Assembly (NCBI GenBank): GCA_964270895.1
Contig: OZ185437.1
Length of the DNA stretch: 64,000 bases
Origin: Podarcis filfolensis
Lineage: Eukaryota
Direction: 5' to 3' (one strand)
The translations under genes and the position numbers were made by a program. The notes under the pieces are model-generated. The model was not told where the DNA came from. It did no database searches and worked only from the letters and a program-made list of their open reading frames with translations. Position 1 is the stretch's first letter, and each line of letters begins with the position of its first letter. This document shows, one piece after another, positions 1 through 14,399 of this stretch.

Positions 1-1094
1 TGCCTCTTGCTTGTCTAGATAGTGGACAGGGCAGTCCGTGTGTGTGGAATTGTACTACACAAAACTATATTATACTTTTGCCTCTGGCCCTGCCCACCAC
101 TGGCACATGGTCTCGAGAAGGTTGCCCAGAGGGAAATGAGGTGAAAAAATGTTCTCCACCCCTATTTTGAAGCAAGTTTGGTTATAAAAATTTGAGGGCT
201 TTGTAATAGCATCCCATGAGTTGTGTGAGGCTGCTGTCGGGAGGGAAAAGACCATCCGCTTACCAGCATACATGGCAATTTTGTGGACTCCTACAAGCTT
301 CTTTCTATCCTGGATTATTTATTTCAGCCAATTCAGTTTAACAAGTGGTCTACGTTTTCCTTTTAACACAAAGGGTTGTGAATCATACTCAGGGGTAGAG
401 GCATTGGAATTAATGGGCATGGATTTACTCTGAGTAGAACTATGATGACTTACAAACCAAGGTGAATAGCTGTCCCCATTTGGGGGGGACAGACCAAAAA
501 GCAATAATATTTGGGGTAATGGCCTCTTGAAATTGCTTTCTTCCACGTTATTAAAGGTAGTTTGAAGTGCATTGAGTGCTAAGAGATGCATTCCAAAAAT
601 TCCCACTGAGTAGGTAATTCAAATGTAGCACCCTTCCCCCCCCCCCCGAATTTTTGCTACCAGAGAACACTATTATTGTATTGCACAGCAATAGCTCAAA
701 TCAATTTTCACATCCCAGTCCAAGTTGTTACTCAGGATTATTATGAAATCTAAGCCACTTTAGTTTCTCATATCATAAAACACTAAGTTGTCTTGCAACT
801 TGAAACAAAATTGTAAAACTGAAGAGGCTGGGTAATTAATATTTCCCATGTTGATAATTAACAGGATTTCCATCCAGAGAGTATTGTATATGTTCTTGAG
901 AACTCAAGAGACTTTTTGGCTAAAATGATAACATCTGCAAAAATCAAGACAGAGCCATTTATTCAGAGAATTTCCTGAAGATACCTTGCCAATTACTTTT
1001 TACTAGTAGGTGATGATTAATCATAACTTGTCTGGCTTTAAGCAGGTAAATCCAGTTTCTTTAACAGAGAAAAATGGCTCCCCTTTATTACATA

Positions 1095-1520
1095 CACAGC
1101 CCAACAAGACAGCAACAAGAATCCACCAACAGCATACAAATCAATATGGCTAACCTGATCCAAAAACACCCACCCACCCCACTCACACACGAAAACAAAG
1201 TTCACCACAGCCAATCACAAACGAACAACCACACCCTAGGCCAACCCCAACCTGCCTCACCACCAAAGGAAAACAAGCGAACAGCAATGAGAACCTGCAC
1301 AAACGATGCTGACACAAAACCCCAAACATACATTAAGTAAAATAGAAACATCGCCATCCAACTCCACCCCACTCACCATGGCTCCCTCCACCTCTTCCCC
1401 CCTATTCTTCCTAATGTAACACTAATGTCTCAACAAATGAAACTGATCTGTAGAAAGAAGAGACATTGCACATACTTTTGTAAACCAAGAAATCTTTAAT
1501 AAAAAAATGTTTTTAAAAAA
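1095..1520 (+). mobile_element. Probable LINE (L1/Tx1-like) 3' end
   Basis: A/C-rich, T-poor tract ending in tttAATAAA plus an A-rich tail, like the L1 tail at 60200-60243. No clear TSD; boundaries approximate. Confidence 0.45.
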
Positions 1521-1949
1521 CAGAAAAGTGCTACATGTAAAACATGTAAAAGTAAATGTAAACATCTAAAAGTAAATGTTGGGCAGGATATAGGAATCTG
1601 AACACTGTTTTGACATACTTTGTTTGTGCAAATGGAAGGACAGTAGTTTGCATGAATTGTTTGTGGTTACTTTGTTTTGCTTGATGACAAGACTATCATC
1701 CAGGAAAGGGCTATATTAATTTTCAGTGGTGTTGTTGCATGTAACTTTGATGGCGGGACAGAGTTAATATTTTTCTTTGGTTCTGTGCAGTAGATTTAGA
1801 GGAGGCTCATTAGAATTCATGGACATGACTAACAAGTACATTGTTTTCATTGGGCCTACTCTGAGTGTAACTTAGTTGAAAATAACTCCTTAAGTAAGTT
1901 CTAGCATTCGTTTGCTACCGATTCTGTTCACCAATACAAAGATGTCACC

Positions 1950-3520
1950 AATGTATCACCACCATATTAGCAGCTTGTTGGTGGGCTCTTTAAGGATGAC
2001 TTAGTTAAGTTTGCTCCTGGGCATCTGCATGGCTCCATTTTATGTCAATTTATTTTTGAGAAGCCTGAACAAGTCATAGTTAAGGAGCCCACCAACAAGC
2101 TGCTCATTTGTTGGCGATGCATTTATGACATCCTTTGTCATCTGGACCACGAGCAACAAAAGTTTGGAACAATTTAAGAATGATACTAACCATCCATCCC
2201 ACCATCAAATGTGCACTTAATAGAATCATTACAAATCATATGGGATGTTCTTCTTGTCACATAAAAAACAAGATAGTCACAGATCTTTACAATCAACCCA
2301 CTGATGCTCACATTCATTTAAAATGGAATTCCTCCAGATCACGCACAAAAACATCATCTGCAGATTGAAATGTTTTTGCAACTTCAATGAAAACTACCTC
2401 AGGTCTGAAGTGGGTGGTTTAAGCAAATGAAGGAACACCCAGTTCAGACCCCATAAGCATATATATGAAGTTAGGGTGTCTCGCTCCAGTGTGCATAACT
2501 TTACACTTGCTTACACTGAATCACATTGGCCATTCACCTATTTTGGAAAGCTCCTTTTGGAGCCCCTCACAATCTTCTTTTGTTTTCACCATCCTGAACA
2601 ATAAGCAAACTCATTATCACCTCATTACTGCTCCCCTCTGCCAATCAGGTCATTTAACTGCAATTAAGGAAGCAGAGATCCCAATACTGAGCTCTTGTGG
2701 CAAATCCTTCCATTGTGATAAATGTGCTTTTTGGTTTTTAACCTGTTACCAATCAATAAGAGGACCTGCTCCTTCATCTCACGACTGCTTTTAGCTTTTG
2801 AAAGCTTTTGAAAATTTAAGAACACAACATATACTCCTGTCCATATCCTTGTTGACACTCTCATAGAACTCCAAAAGGTTAGGCAGGTTATCTTTTTGGA
2901 AAGCCTAGAATTTTCTCTCTCTTTGCTACTATTTGCCTTAGTTCCTCAGACTCCCTTCCTGAGAAAATTAGTTAAGACACAGAGGCTTGTAGGTGTTGTT
3001 GGATTACAATTCCCATCATCCCTGACCATGCTGGCTTGGGCATATGGGAGTTATGGTTCAAAACACCTGGACAATACCGGGTTGGGGAATACGGCTCCAG
3101 ACCTACACAAACTAAGAACTGAAGTAATACTAGGGCAACCAGCTCCTTAAGAAACAGAATGACTAACCAGCCTCAGTACATTAAACAGAAGATCACCTGC
3201 AAAGCCAGCAGTGTAGTGTTTGTAGAATGCAAATTCCCTGGATGCCACATGAAGTATGTAAGGAAAGCAACTACAGGCCTTAGTACACATTTGAGAAATC
3301 ATGTCAAAAGCAAATAAGGAGTGGGCAGCCGCAATAAAAATAGCCACTTCTAAGTCAGAAACCACAAAGAACTGATGGCTAAAATTCCCAACACATTTCA
3401 ACACATGTCTATTATCAGGCAAGCAAATATCCGTAGACAATAAATAAAATCAGTATGAAAGCAGAAATCTATAAAAGCCCGGAATAACATAAGCGTACCA
3501 TCTGTGCACAAAATAAATAG
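1950..3520 (+). mobile_element. Degraded Penelope-like element (RT and GIY-YIG fragments)
   Basis: Frameshifted motifs GICMAPFYVNLF (~2020-2060), HPTIK...IVTDLYNQPTDAH (~2190-2330) and YIKQKITCKASSVVFVECKFPGCHMKYV (~3180-3260). Boundaries approximate. Confidence 0.7.
2985..3100. mobile_element. Degenerate palindromic MITE inside the Penelope fossil
   Basis: ggattacaattcccatcatccc...atgggagtta...aaaacacctgg resembles the arms of the hAT MITEs at 10108 and 27582. Confidence 0.5.
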
Positions 3521-4340
3521 CTAGTCTGAAAATTAGTAACGTGCAATCCATAAATACCTTAAGAATAACATGAAGGTGGCATATGGAATCCTTTTGGAAG
3601 GACTACTAACAAGTTTTATAAAATGATGAACCTTCTTCTCTTACACATATGTATAGAGAGACGATGCGTTCTGTGACCCATGAGAGCAGTGTAATAACTG
3701 AAACAGGGCAGCAGTGATGGGTGAAATCAGGTTGAAACTTTAATGACTACAGCAGGTAAGCAGGGTTGGCATGGCAGTAAGGCAAGGATTGTTGCCTCAT
3801 TCCAGTCAGCCCATGCTGGTGGAATGGCAGAGCATGGCACCCCACCCTTATCCCATCCGTGGTGATCACCCAGCGTTGAACCCAGGTGTGGTGCAAGCCA
3901 GGCATCCAGGTTCTCACTGGGTGGTCAGGGTGAAAAATTCCAGCCAGGTAGCATGCCTTAGTCAAACCTTTCCTCAGGCCCCTTTTGGGAGCCCCTTTAC
4001 TATGCCCTTTTTGCCCCACAAAAGTACAGAATTATCTCAGCACCTAATGTAAGCAAAGCTTTATGTCACTGAGGGAAAGGCTGTAAAAACTCCAACTGAG
4101 GGCCAACTCAATTTGGGAAGGAAAAAACTTCTTTCTCGCCTTGTAAAGCAGTGACCCGGGTAGTTAGTTCAGTGAGGCTCTAGCACCAAGAGCAGGTGGG
4201 TGGGAAGCTTGTAGGGCAAAATGGCCACAAATCCTCATGGGTGAGGCCTTTTAAGGTCTCGGCTCCTCTTGCACCTCCCAAAATCGTGCAGGATGCCCAG
4301 CATTCTGCGAGATCTCACAAGAGTTGCAAAGAGATACAGC

Positions 4341-4343
<3 letters not shown>

Positions 4344-4375
<32 letters not shown>
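4344..4375. repeat. (AC)16 microsatellite
   Basis: Read directly. Confidence 0.95.
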
Positions 4376-4378
<3 letters not shown>

Positions 4379-6439
4379 TTTCCGGGCCCCATGCTGCTGG
4401 GCAAAGTCACCCCACACACATGTTGCCCTCAGAACAAGGCTTAAAAGTCTAATGGTTTTGAATTACAATCCCTAGGTCTGCTCAGAGTAGTCAAACCCAC
4501 TACACAATGAGATAGCTCTGCAATTCAAGCTATGAAAAGGCCAACACACAACATTCAAACTAACTGTGACTTTTCCAGTAGTTTGTGTGAAAAATAGTAG
4601 TTAAAATTGTGGGGTAAATTCAGAGCCCAGAAGGATGAAAAGCCTGTTTAATGCTGGTTTAAAATCTTGTTTAACTTTTTTTTATATTAAAAAAGAAAAT
4701 CGTAAATACAACTGTGCAATTGACAACGAAACTGAAACGTAAACAATTCAAAGTCTATCTGTATTTTGCTTGTCAATTTTTTACATACGCACACAAATCA
4801 CGGGTTGTGTATAACGAAGTCATTGGACTCATGGAATGACTTCCAACTGCACAATGGAATTTTGTGTCCTGCTCCTTCCCTTTCCATATCTGCCCTAGTG
4901 GTTCTCCCAGGCATTCAGAGCTTTTGGGGGGGGGGGGGTTGCTGGGAGAGGAGAGGGAGGGGAGGTTCTATTCCACATGTGGAATTTATTCCGTGAGGAC
5001 AATAACCTCATCTACAAGCACATCAGTGTATGACTATCTGCATTGAAAGGTTATTTGGAACAAATTTTACCACCTCTGCTCCCATTGAATTTGATCTTTA
5101 TCTAGAAACAGCATTGAATTTTGCCCCCCCCCCAAAAAAAACCCCAGCCACTTTTAGTGTGTCAGGACATGCGAAAGCTCTAAATTTAATCTAAACGCCA
5201 GTTTCTGAAAGGTGCAAAATGCTTTCAACACTCATCCATCTCAGACCTTTGATGTACTGAGGGTTGTATTTCAAGAGTTGGCTGCCATCTCCCATGACAG
5301 TGAGAAGGTTATTAGAGCAATGTGACTCCTGCTTTGGTAACCTCTGAATTATGGAATCACTTGGGATAAGTGGATCTTGCGGGAAATTCCAGAATTGGCA
5401 CAGGGAAAGGTAGCTTACCTCAGAAAACATTCCCATTTCAGGGCTTCATTAAGAACATGATTAAATAGTCCCATAGATATTTTTTTTTTGGGGGGGAGCA
5501 GCTACAATAGGGCAAGCAGCTACAATAAGGGAGCTACAATAAAGCATCTGAAACTCAGGACATGGCAATAACAGGTCCATTGCCCTGCCTATAAGATAAC
5601 AAAACAGGTAGCTTTTTCATTATCAACACTTTGCTTGGGGAAAGGTGCAAATGATTTGAAATGTGGCTAGAACAGGGAAGTAAGCTCCATGGAAGTAAGC
5701 TCCATGGACATATATTAAATCAGATAGCTCCACTGGTCCATTATAACAAATTCATAACGTCAGTAAAATATTAAATTTATTAGTATCAACAAATAGTCAT
5801 GTGGCAGTTCATCTAGTCTGAAATAGAATACTGTGAACTCAAAAGCTCACATGCTGCATTGTAAACATTAGTTTATCCCAATAAATACAGTATTTTGCTT
5901 CCCAATATGACACTGGCAAATCTTAAAACACTTAGTAGGAAGTAAACCCTATTGTGCATTGTGGGACTTATTTCTGAGTAGATTAAGCTGTCACTCCCAT
6001 GTCAGTGGGTTTAGATTGAGACTGGAATAGATGCTAATCTAATGGAAAGTAAAATGATTCAAATATATAAGCAAAGTGTGCTATACACCCTTTCCTGGAC
6101 TTTCAAATTTCAGATAAAGGAATTGTACCTTCCTACATAAAAGCTTTGCCAATGAAAAGCTAGTATGTCAGCAGAATGCTAATCTAATACAAGAACTGCT
6201 GCTATAAATTTATTGCATCAGCATGATGATTCCATCCCTGTGGTGCATTTTCAGTTATTATCACTGCTCCCGATTATTCTCAGTGAAGGGGTAGCCAAAG
6301 GGGGCAAATGTGTTGCTAACAATTCCATCTATTAACAGGAGCAGAAAAGGGTGGGCTCTTCCAATTAAATAGCTACTCTTCAAATTATTACAATTTGACT
6401 GGTTGCCAATTATTTTGCGATTCATGGATGCTTCCACCA

Positions 6440-6828
6440 ATACCAACCTGCCTGTGTATTGAGATTTGCAGGGGAGGCCCCATTTGTGATCCCATTGCTG
6501 AGTGAGGTTCAAAGCATGGGGGTACATGGGAGGGCCTTCTCTGCTCTGGCACCACACTTATGGAATTATGTCCCCTTCGAGGTGTGCCCAGCTTCAACAT
6601 TATTGTGCCGATTAGTGAAGATGTACCTGTTTCAACCAATGGAGTGGGGTAAAGTACATTGTGGATGGAGTGTGCTTTACTTTATTCCTGATGGTGGTGG
6701 TGTTTACTGGGCAATCTATTATTTACTCTCATTTCAAATATTGCTAATTATGGTTTTTAAGGTAAATGAATCTTCTGTCCTGGCACATTTGGGTGAAGGG
6801 TAACTTATAAATAAATAAATAAATAAAA
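6440..6828 (+). mobile_element. L2 LINE 3' fragment
   Basis: gggagggccttctctgctctggcaccacacttatggaatt (RAFSALAPHLWN, an L2 ORF2 C-terminal motif) and a (TAAA)n tail. Confidence 0.7.
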
Positions 6829-7349
6829 CATACATACATACACGTTTGCAAGTTAAAAACCAACCAACCCATAGATCAGAACAAAAAATTAAGCATTGTT
6901 GAAAACTCCCTTAATGTTCCCAATACTAGGTATGTGAGCTACATAGAACTTTTAGTGAGAGATACTTATATTAGATCCTTTTCAGTTAAAAGTTTGGTCC
7001 CATGAAATTGGCACACACAAATTAGATGAGGACGGTAGAGCACATGCCTGAAATAACTGGAGGCTGTCTAAGAACTTGGGTTAGATGATTGTGTATTACT
7101 GGTATGTATTCTTGTAAAGTGTGTATTTTTGTAAATTGAGTAAAGGGGCATTTCTTTTGATAGAACTTAGCACTGGTCAATGCAACATTTTATAGTATTG
7201 TATTTTTTGCATTTATAGGGATGTTGTTGTTACAATTCACTTTCTTTCAGCATAAAGACTGTTAAAGAATATTCTTAACATACAAAGCCATCCAATTCAC
7301 CCAGCATATGACAATATGCTATCAAGCTATTACTGGTCCATATGCGTAA

Positions 7350-7586
<237 letters not shown>

Positions 7587-7924
7587 TGAATTTTGTCAGT
7601 CATTCATGCATGTATTTCATGCTAAAAAAAGAAAGAAAAGGAAATACAGAATCCTGTAGCAGTGGTTTTTGTTCTGCATCGACCATTCACATTTGTGTGT
7701 ATATCTCGGTTAGGGACCCTTCACCTCACCATGGGGTCAGATATAACCTGTGACGCCATTTCTCAAAAACCACCTGCTAATGAACTGGTGCCACTGATGG
7801 AGGCTGATGTCAGCTGATGGGTGGGGGTTCCATTCTACAATGGCTGCGCCAAGTTGCCCTGCTAGGAATTGGCCCACAGCGCCAAAGTAGCCCTGCTCAT
7901 TTTGGCTGTGTGCTTCCATTCCCA

Positions 7925-8265
7925 TGCTGGAACATGTTGCTCACCAGGGCAAGGAGGACTGAGCATATTACACCAATTCTGGCCCGACTGCACTGGCTGC
8001 CAACTAATTTCTGGGCCCAATACAAAGTGCTGGTTCTGACCCTGCAATCATAATCTGAGGCCCTTCTTCATGTGCCTCCTCCACAAGAGGTCCAGAGGGT
8101 AACAACATGAGAGCGAGCCTTTTCTGTGGTAGCCACCCTCTTGTGGAATGCTATCCCCAAGGATGCACACCTGGTGCCTTCATTACGTATCTTTAGGCAC
8201 CAGGCAAAAGCATTCCTCTTCCCACAGGCCTTTGGCTAACTAAACAATCCATGGCTCTTTAAACT
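7925..8265 (+). mobile_element. L2 LINE fragment
   Basis: Encodes EHITPILARLHWLPTNFWAQYKVLVLT (L2 ITPxLxxLHWLP motif) followed by typical 3' sequence. Confidence 0.8.
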
Positions 8266-9594
8266 ATACTGGGGGGTGGGGTCTAAAGAACAGCACAGGA
8301 ATACTTGCAAGAGGTCTTTCAAACAGCCCAGCAATGCTCTCTAAACCTCTGAAAACCCTAACCCTGGGGTGCTCTTTGACTTTCAGTTTTTGACAGGCTT
8401 AAGAGCAACATGGGGCTGCTTGCAAAAGGGCTTTCTAACAGTCCATGTTACACTTTGAGGTCCCCGTATTCATATTGACAACAGATAACTGACAGGTGAG
8501 AAGGCCTGCCTACCTTTCAAATTTGGCCTGGCAACATTTTGATTGGGATTGCAAATATAAAACTGTGATACATCAGTATGGCTAACAAAATGGATGCACA
8601 ACTAACACTCAAAGATACAAGTCAAATATAAGTAAGCAATAAGGGCTGGAGAGATATTAATCTGACTTCCTTGCCAGAAAACATTCACTACCCTGGTATG
8701 TGTGAATAGCTGACCTATGCAAAGTGTTCCCAATCAATGAGAAAAAAGGAACAGTTCAGCTTATCACAGCCTCTCTGATTTATCAATTTCCACAGTAATA
8801 GTGGTGTCAGTATGTTGCAGCAAAAACTACACAGAGTTTTATGGCACCTAACAAACCTGTGACATAAGCTTTTCTCATTTATTATTACCATTTTCTTAAT
8901 TTATGAATCACCTTCCACATGAATCTCCAGGTAATTAAAAACTACTGGAAAAAAACATGGCAGCATTGACTTGTCCGCTGTTGCAATTAGAGATACCATC
9001 TGATCCAAAAACATTAGAGAAAACATATGGATATATAAACAACACCCCATGCCCTTGTCCTAGAATATAATACTTCAAATCACTTACCTACAGCAGATGC
9101 CACACCTCTGAACGTTGCCATCTTGGCTACAGCCCCCTTTGACACTGGAGCAGAGGAAGCTGAAACATTTTACTTTTAAGACTTCAGTATCTCTGCTCTG
9201 TTAATCACTGTTACGTAGTCATAATCCAAAGAACCATGCAACCCATTCTGCTTCTCCAGAGGGCCTTTGGTCCCTTGTTTCTTGAACAGCAAAGCCAAGT
9301 TGCATAGCAAGCATCTTGAGATGGAGGAGAACTTTTAAAAAGTTTGTGATGACATGGAGGTCTGCCAAGCACATCCAACCTCTTAGGCTTATCTCAAGAA
9401 GCAAATTGCATCTTGGCCCTGAAACAGTATTATACATTGTAATGTATAAGGAGAATTTGCGTACAAGGAATTTTTTTGTATGTAACTAATAAAGTAACTA
9501 CAGAATATGCAAGTACAAATATTCCAATAAATGGTATTGGTACAGATAGGTTGTCAAAATACTTGTTTTTAATACTCTTTTTTTTATCCTATAG

Positions 9595-9720
9595 GAATTA
9601 ATCACCGCCTGGTACATAGGATTTTTAGTATTGATTTTTTCATCTTTCCTCGTCTACCTGGTTGAAAAAGATACAAATGCTCAATTTTCTACATATGCAG
9701 ATGCTCTGTGGTGGGGCACA
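9595..9720 (+). CDS. KCNQ5: KCNQ5 exon 5 (S5, turret, pore helix start)
   Basis: cctatag|GAA...ACA|gtaagt; 126 nt; [42 protein letters not shown]; the retigabine-site Trp (TGG 9610-9612) is retained. Confidence 0.98.
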
Positions 9721-10107
9721 GTAAGTACAGAATCAACTGAACTACATGATTTAGACTATGCAATATTTAAAAACCATGACCTAGCATGAAAGTGCTCCCA
9801 TGCAGGCTCGTGGAAAGGAGATTCTGGCCACTGTGCTCTTGCCCTGTCATTCTGCGGCTATGCAGTCATGGTTTGGCTTGGTGTATCATCCAGTCCAGGG
9901 CTTGTGATTTAACTCCCCCAAACAAACATGAGCTGTAAACCATAGGACAAATCTTGATTACCGCTCATTATTACTTTGTAAGTCAGGTTCAGATAGCATG
10001 CTTAGGCCAGCTGTGACTTAGCTCAGTGCAGCACAGAAGCAGAATGACCAGGAAGGAGCAAAGGGGCAGGGAGCTCCTTTCCTGGAGCCTATGATTTATC
10101 TCTAAGC

Positions 10108-10243
10108 CAAGCATAGGCAAACTCCGGCCCTCCAGATGTTTGGGACTACAGTTCCCATGATCCCAGACCACTGGTCCTGTTAGCTAGGGATGATGGGAAT
10201 TGTAGTCCCAAAGATCTGGAGGGCTGGCGTTTGCCTATGCCTG
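10108..10243. mobile_element. hAT-type palindromic MITE
   Basis: TIRs CAAGCATAGGCAAAC...GTTTGCCTATGCCTG; arms ~57 bp complementary; same family as 27582. Confidence 0.8.
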
Positions 10244-13200
10244 CAGTCTAAGCCATGGTTTGGCTTAGCGTGATATGCAAACCAGTTCATAATCAGAGAA
10301 GAAGGCCTTAAGTCATATTGGCAGCAGCTGAATTGTGTTGGTATTTGAAGCTTTGAAGCATATTAGTCCCACATGACAGAATGATCTGTGGATAAAAATG
10401 ATAAGTGTCCCTTTGGTATGGTTAATTAAGATTTCAGATTTCACTAATTAGAGCAGCTGTATTATAATAAAAAGACACTCATCACTTAACCACATTTGAT
10501 TAATTTTTGGATTGTTTGCTTAATTAACAGTTAACCGTAGTGTACTGAAATAAATTTTGCTGCATTAAATAACATACCTAGGGAATTAAGAGCCTTTTGA
10601 TATTATCATAATTTGGATATACCAGTTCCAGACCTTTTCGAAGTTGTTTCTGTTACTGAAGATCATAACAAAAGGAATTTTAAATTCTCTAGAATAGAAA
10701 CTTAGGGCTAAAGAGAGAGAGAGAGCGAGATTTTTTTGCTTATTCCAGATCATAGCCCTTTAATTGTTTTGTCATAGCTGCCGAAAGCATTTATACAAAA
10801 TTAAGGTACATTTTGTAAACTGCTTTGCAGGTTGGTTGGGTTTTTTTACAATCAAGCAGTATATAAATTTTATGAAATAAAGAAAGATAAGCATGAGTTC
10901 TTGTTCACACAGCAAGGTAAATGATGAAGTTCTCAATAACATAAGGCTGTGTACGCACTAACCCACACACAAATCAACCTGGAATCGTACATACTTCACT
11001 TCAAAATGTTGCTTTCAGTCTTGATTGATTCTAGTTTCTGTCATCCACAGGGGTAGGGTGACCATGTGTATTTGAAAATCCTCCCTTTGATTAGATTATC
11101 CTAGCATTCTCCTCCCTGTGCATGCCCCAGGTGAATGCAGAAGGAAGTCCTGATCTTGATATATGCCAGTTTACAAGATCATTGAGCAGGTGTGGATACA
11201 CCCCCCTCTCACACCTCATTGCCGTGACTGCATACATCTGTTTTCAAATAGACACACTGAGAGGTTATACACAATCAATCTGTAATGAATTTTTTTTCCA
11301 GAATGAAACCAGTTCTTCAAGAAGTGCTTTTCATGGGCAAAGAATATGCAATAGGTATAGAATGTGGGCTACATAGGGGAAAAACAATAACTCAATCTAC
11401 ACTGATTCTAGGATAAAATGTAGTAGTAGTAGTATTTTGTTACCCACCCTTCACCCTAAGGTTCCAGCAACTAAAAGAAAATGTTAAAAACAGCTTAAAA
11501 CAGCTTACAATCTCAAACATAAAAGTTTCCTGGCACTGTTGCATGTATGCAGCCTTAATTACAGTTACTTAGATTCTAGCCATATGTTACTCAAATGGTC
11601 TGTGACATATACTGCAATGTTTTTCTGGGAACCATAATAATAACAATTCATTATTTATAACCATTTCATTCATGGATGCCTATACATTTGCAACCAGGAG
11701 TAATACAGGTTATGCATGAGAGATCATTCATTCAGTCTTTAGGCATTTGATTAAGAAACATGTGAAAAGAAATGAAGGTGTGAAACATGGGCAGCCAGAT
11801 CAGATCCCTCCTGCAGTTGCTGCAGCAGTTCCAGCACAAGTGTCTCCTTTCACAGCAAGAGCTCCAGTGGCATCCTCTTTGAAGCAAGTGAGACCATCTG
11901 CCCAGCTTTGCTCAATTGACTTTTATAAAGACCACCTACCATTCTCAGCTGGCAGTGGCGATTGCAGGCCAATCAGGGCTCTCGCTCGGGCAGCGGACCT
12001 GTCAGAGCCAGGCTTCTGTCAGGTCTGCTGCCGGGTTTAAAAGCTGAATGCGCTGCAAATGGGCAATGCCGTCAAAACCAGATGTCCCACCCACCCATTC
12101 ATTGGCCCTGCCTGGAGGTACACAAGCAGTGCATGCATATGGCCTTGCTGTGGAATTAATCCGTCACCGTATTTGTGGCCAGGGAGAACTTTGCCTGCAA
12201 AAAAACTGCGCCTGTCTGAGGGTTTGCCTTCCTCATAGTAACTGGCACAACTTTTGACAGAGAAAACGCATTGGGTATGGATCCTTAGCCTAAGCTAGTG
12301 CAAGGGATGGGTGCCCCTTCCACTGCTTCAGGGTCAAATTCAGGGTAGCCTGGTAAAAGGGTCCAGGGCTTGGGTTCTGCCTGAAAGCCCAGATGGGAGG
12401 CCAATGGGCCACAGAACACCCCAGGTGGCATCGTGGTGGGATCTCCCCATAGATCTGCATGATGGTGGGATCCTGATCAATCCTGATGGAATATCAGCCA
12501 GGTTGACTGGGTCAGGATACATACCAAATGCCTATGCCAAAGCCTACTTACACCCGTAATCAATGATGCTGTGGCCATTCCAATCCCAAGTCGGTGTCTT
12601 CAATCTTTGCTGTTTTGTCTCTTCCTACCGCAGCCTCCAGCCTGCTGTGCATGGGCCTGCAAATTCTCTCCTTCCCAATTAGCCAGGGCAAGTTGGTGCT
12701 GCTGCTCAGTGTAGGTGAGACCCTGGGACCAGGCCTTCTGTCCTGCTGCACCCTTCCCCATAGCTCCTAAGGATACAAATGTTTTATCACTCTTGCCCAT
12801 TTCCCCCCTCCCAATTTGTCATCGGTCCCAGGTTTATATGCACTGCCAACAAACACACCTGTTTAAAATATAAAGTTAAGATTGCTGTTGTGGAAAACAA
12901 GTTAGTTAGACTGTTTCCAAGTTGAGGAAAATATATATATATTTTCATCGTTACTATTGTTTTTTATTTATATTGCACCATCGGTGTACTTTGTGCTTCA
13001 GAGAATTATAAGCAAAGGCTCTGCCCTAAGGATGTTAGAACCTACATTAGTTCACAATCTGAATGTCTTCTGAATCACACTATTGCAGTGTTGAGGCAAA
13101 AACAAGTCCGCTGTTGAGAAGTAGACTTGTGAAGATGTGACATCTCTTTATCGCTCAAGAACCACCCTGCAGCAGGGCTCAAAGGAGGCAAGGAGTCTCT

Positions 13201-13286
13201 GATACACTTAAAAGGTGTAATGTACTTGTCAGGGGGCTTCAGAACCTGTTGAGCGTGTGAAAGAACAGGCTGGATGCTGTTCAGAA

Positions 13287-13306
13287 AGAGAGAGAGAGAG
13301 AGAGAG
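13287..13306. repeat. (AG)10 microsatellite
   Basis: Read directly. Confidence 0.95.
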
Positions 13307-14399
13307 AAGTGCTGCTGTTCTTTCTTTCTAAGGGCTTGCAATTATATAAAGATCTACAGGACCCATGGTATATCAATCTGCTGCGGAGACTGTGAGCCAG
13401 CAGTGTCATTAAAGATAGATGACAGCTGGCTCTATCCTTTTCATAAGCTCCTCTTCTTTTCTTCAAATGTAGCTTGGAAACATCTCTCTATTCTCCAGTG
13501 TCTGGCAGTGATAGCAACCTGGATGAAGGCCAGATTATTCAGGTCCATTCCTGATAAAACAGGTTGATGCTGATTTGCTGAGGAAAGAACTTTGTGGAAC
13601 TGGCAAGGCCATCAAGGAATGGAAAGATATTTGTTAGTCCTCTGTTAACATTTCAGGTCTTTGCTATCACTACATTTATTTTGGAAATATAATTTATTTT
13701 TATTAAGCCAATCAAGAGATAAATTCATGGGACTTGGTTGTAATTTTTTTGGGGGGGGGGAGAGGGTTAATTCAAAGCTATGGATTGACCCCTTTTTACC
13801 TATGCAAAGCAGCAGTCAATGAAAGATTCTGAATGCAGAAGCAAAATAAGAGGTCTCAGATGGGACTGAAAGATAAAACTTTATTAATAGTAATTATAGC
13901 TTACAAAACAGTAAAATGACAGCCCTTCCTCAGGGACACAGCTATGGATGATATCCAACTAAGTTGTTCTGCAAGTGCAAGGATTTGTGCTTTCAAAATA
14001 GAAGTCCCCTCTTCCTGCCCTTTGCACCCCCTAAGACTGTTCAGGGGGTTCCCCTAACCCTCCAGACCAGATTTTATCCTGTGAAATTGGGGAGGGGCAC
14101 TGGATGCACAATGACAGAGGAGAGGGAAAGTTCTATTGCACAAGCATAAGTCCTTGCACTGATGAAACAAGATAGAATCCAACCTCTGGCTTAGACCTTT
14201 TTTACCAAACAAAGCAGCATTGTTTTGCAAATTTGCATGTGGAACAGCATGCAATCTGGTTGCCTAGGTGTGGCCATTCAAGCTCTGTGCAGATGTAGTT
14301 AATGGTAAATGAAATCAGGGCACTGTATCCATATCAGAGGAATAGAGGAAGGGGTGTGTAAGATACCATTCTGTCTTGTCATCAGTCATGGTAGCACAG

